DNA of 64,000 bases from the human T2T-CHM13v2.0 reference genome, Homo sapiens: NCBI RefSeq assembly GCF_009914755.1, contig NC_060938.1; one strand, given 5' to 3'. The translations under genes and the position numbers were made by a program. Under the pieces are notes generated by a model. That model was not told where the DNA came from. It searched no databases and worked only from the letters and a program-made list of their open reading frames with translations. Of the stretch, positions 63,165-64,000 are shown in pieces; the first letter of the stretch is position 1; each line of letters starts with the position of its first letter.

Positions 63165-63660
63165 TTTAAAAATATATTTTTTATTTGGAATGCTTTTCAT
63201 TTACAGAAAAGTTACCAAAATAGTAGAGTTTCCACTTACCTTTCACCTAGTTCCCTTTAATTTTAACATCTTACATGATAATGCTATATTTATCTAAACA
63301 AATTAACATTGGCGCATTTCTATTAACTAACCTCTAGACTTTATTTGGATTTCACCAGTTTTTTTTTTCATTAATGTCTGTTTTCTGTCCTATGATCCAA
63401 TCCAGGAGACCATGTTGCATTTAATTCCTTGAAATTTTAAAGCACATTTCTCAGAACAAAGTAGACAGGATATGGTGTGGTTTAGTGGAAAGGATGTGGA
63501 TTTGAGGATCAGATAGCTAGACACAGGTTTAATCCTAGCTCTTCCATTTATTAGCTACTTGACTATAAAAAGTCGACTAAGTTGTTGTGAGGATTAAATG
63601 AGATAAGATGTGCCAGAAAGCACCTGGTGAGTAATTAATCCTTGGTAAATGTTTGTTATC
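63165..63660. mobile_element. Old L1M 3' end (-, ~63165-63425) and MIR (+, ~63470-63660)
   Basis: atttacagaaaagttaccaaaatagtagag; gttgttgtgaggattaaatgagataa. Confidence 0.75.
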
Positions 63661-64000
63661 TTCTTCCTGATATTGCAAAGTAGGAGACTTTTTAGTTGTA
63701 TATACCTAGTGAAAATTCCTTTGGCTATGTTTGGAGCCATCCCAAACCAGGTCACAGGAGTCTGCTTCAGAATTATTATCAATCAAATATAGTGCATTGA
63801 CTTGGAAAACCACTTCTGCATGTCTTCTGTATATTTGCCTCTAGAGCATCAAGTTCAACAGATTATATAGAAGCAACAGTGGCTTTTTATGACATCTGTA
63901 GCCTGTAGCTAGCTACATTGCTATTCCATACCTCCAGTAGGACCAGCTGTGAAATCCACACCAAGATCCAGGTTCCTTTAGCCAGTTGACACTCAGAGCT

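Overview
Human (primate) genomic DNA, very rich in Alu and L1. The only protein-coding gene is SIX4, on the minus strand with three coding exons (60557-59695, 56928-56243, 50686-49890). All splice sites are GT-AG, and the joined CDS is 2346 nt (781 aa plus stop). The gene has a ~3.9 kb 3'UTR ending near 46015 and a CpG-island promoter at about 57.9-60.9 kb. From known synteny this is the SIX1-SIX4 interval at 14q23. Bases 1-45 kb are gene-free: Alu, L1, L2, MIR and LTR elements with a few repeat-free, possibly regulatory islands. I see no novel gene system, and the other ORFs in the track are repeat-derived or shadows of the GC-rich island. The most unusual signals are structural: a near-perfect 367-bp fold-back inverted duplication (29357-30267), a 30-bp exact copy of nearby unique DNA inside a (TA)n tract, several other templated-insertion or micro-inversion scars, and a probable L1 3' transduction. 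Candidate regulatory features of SIX4 are clustered MEF3 (SIX-binding) sites suggesting autoregulation, two uORFs, three miR-124 seed sites and an antisense AluY in the 3'UTR. Repeat subfamily names and boundaries were read by eye and are approximate.
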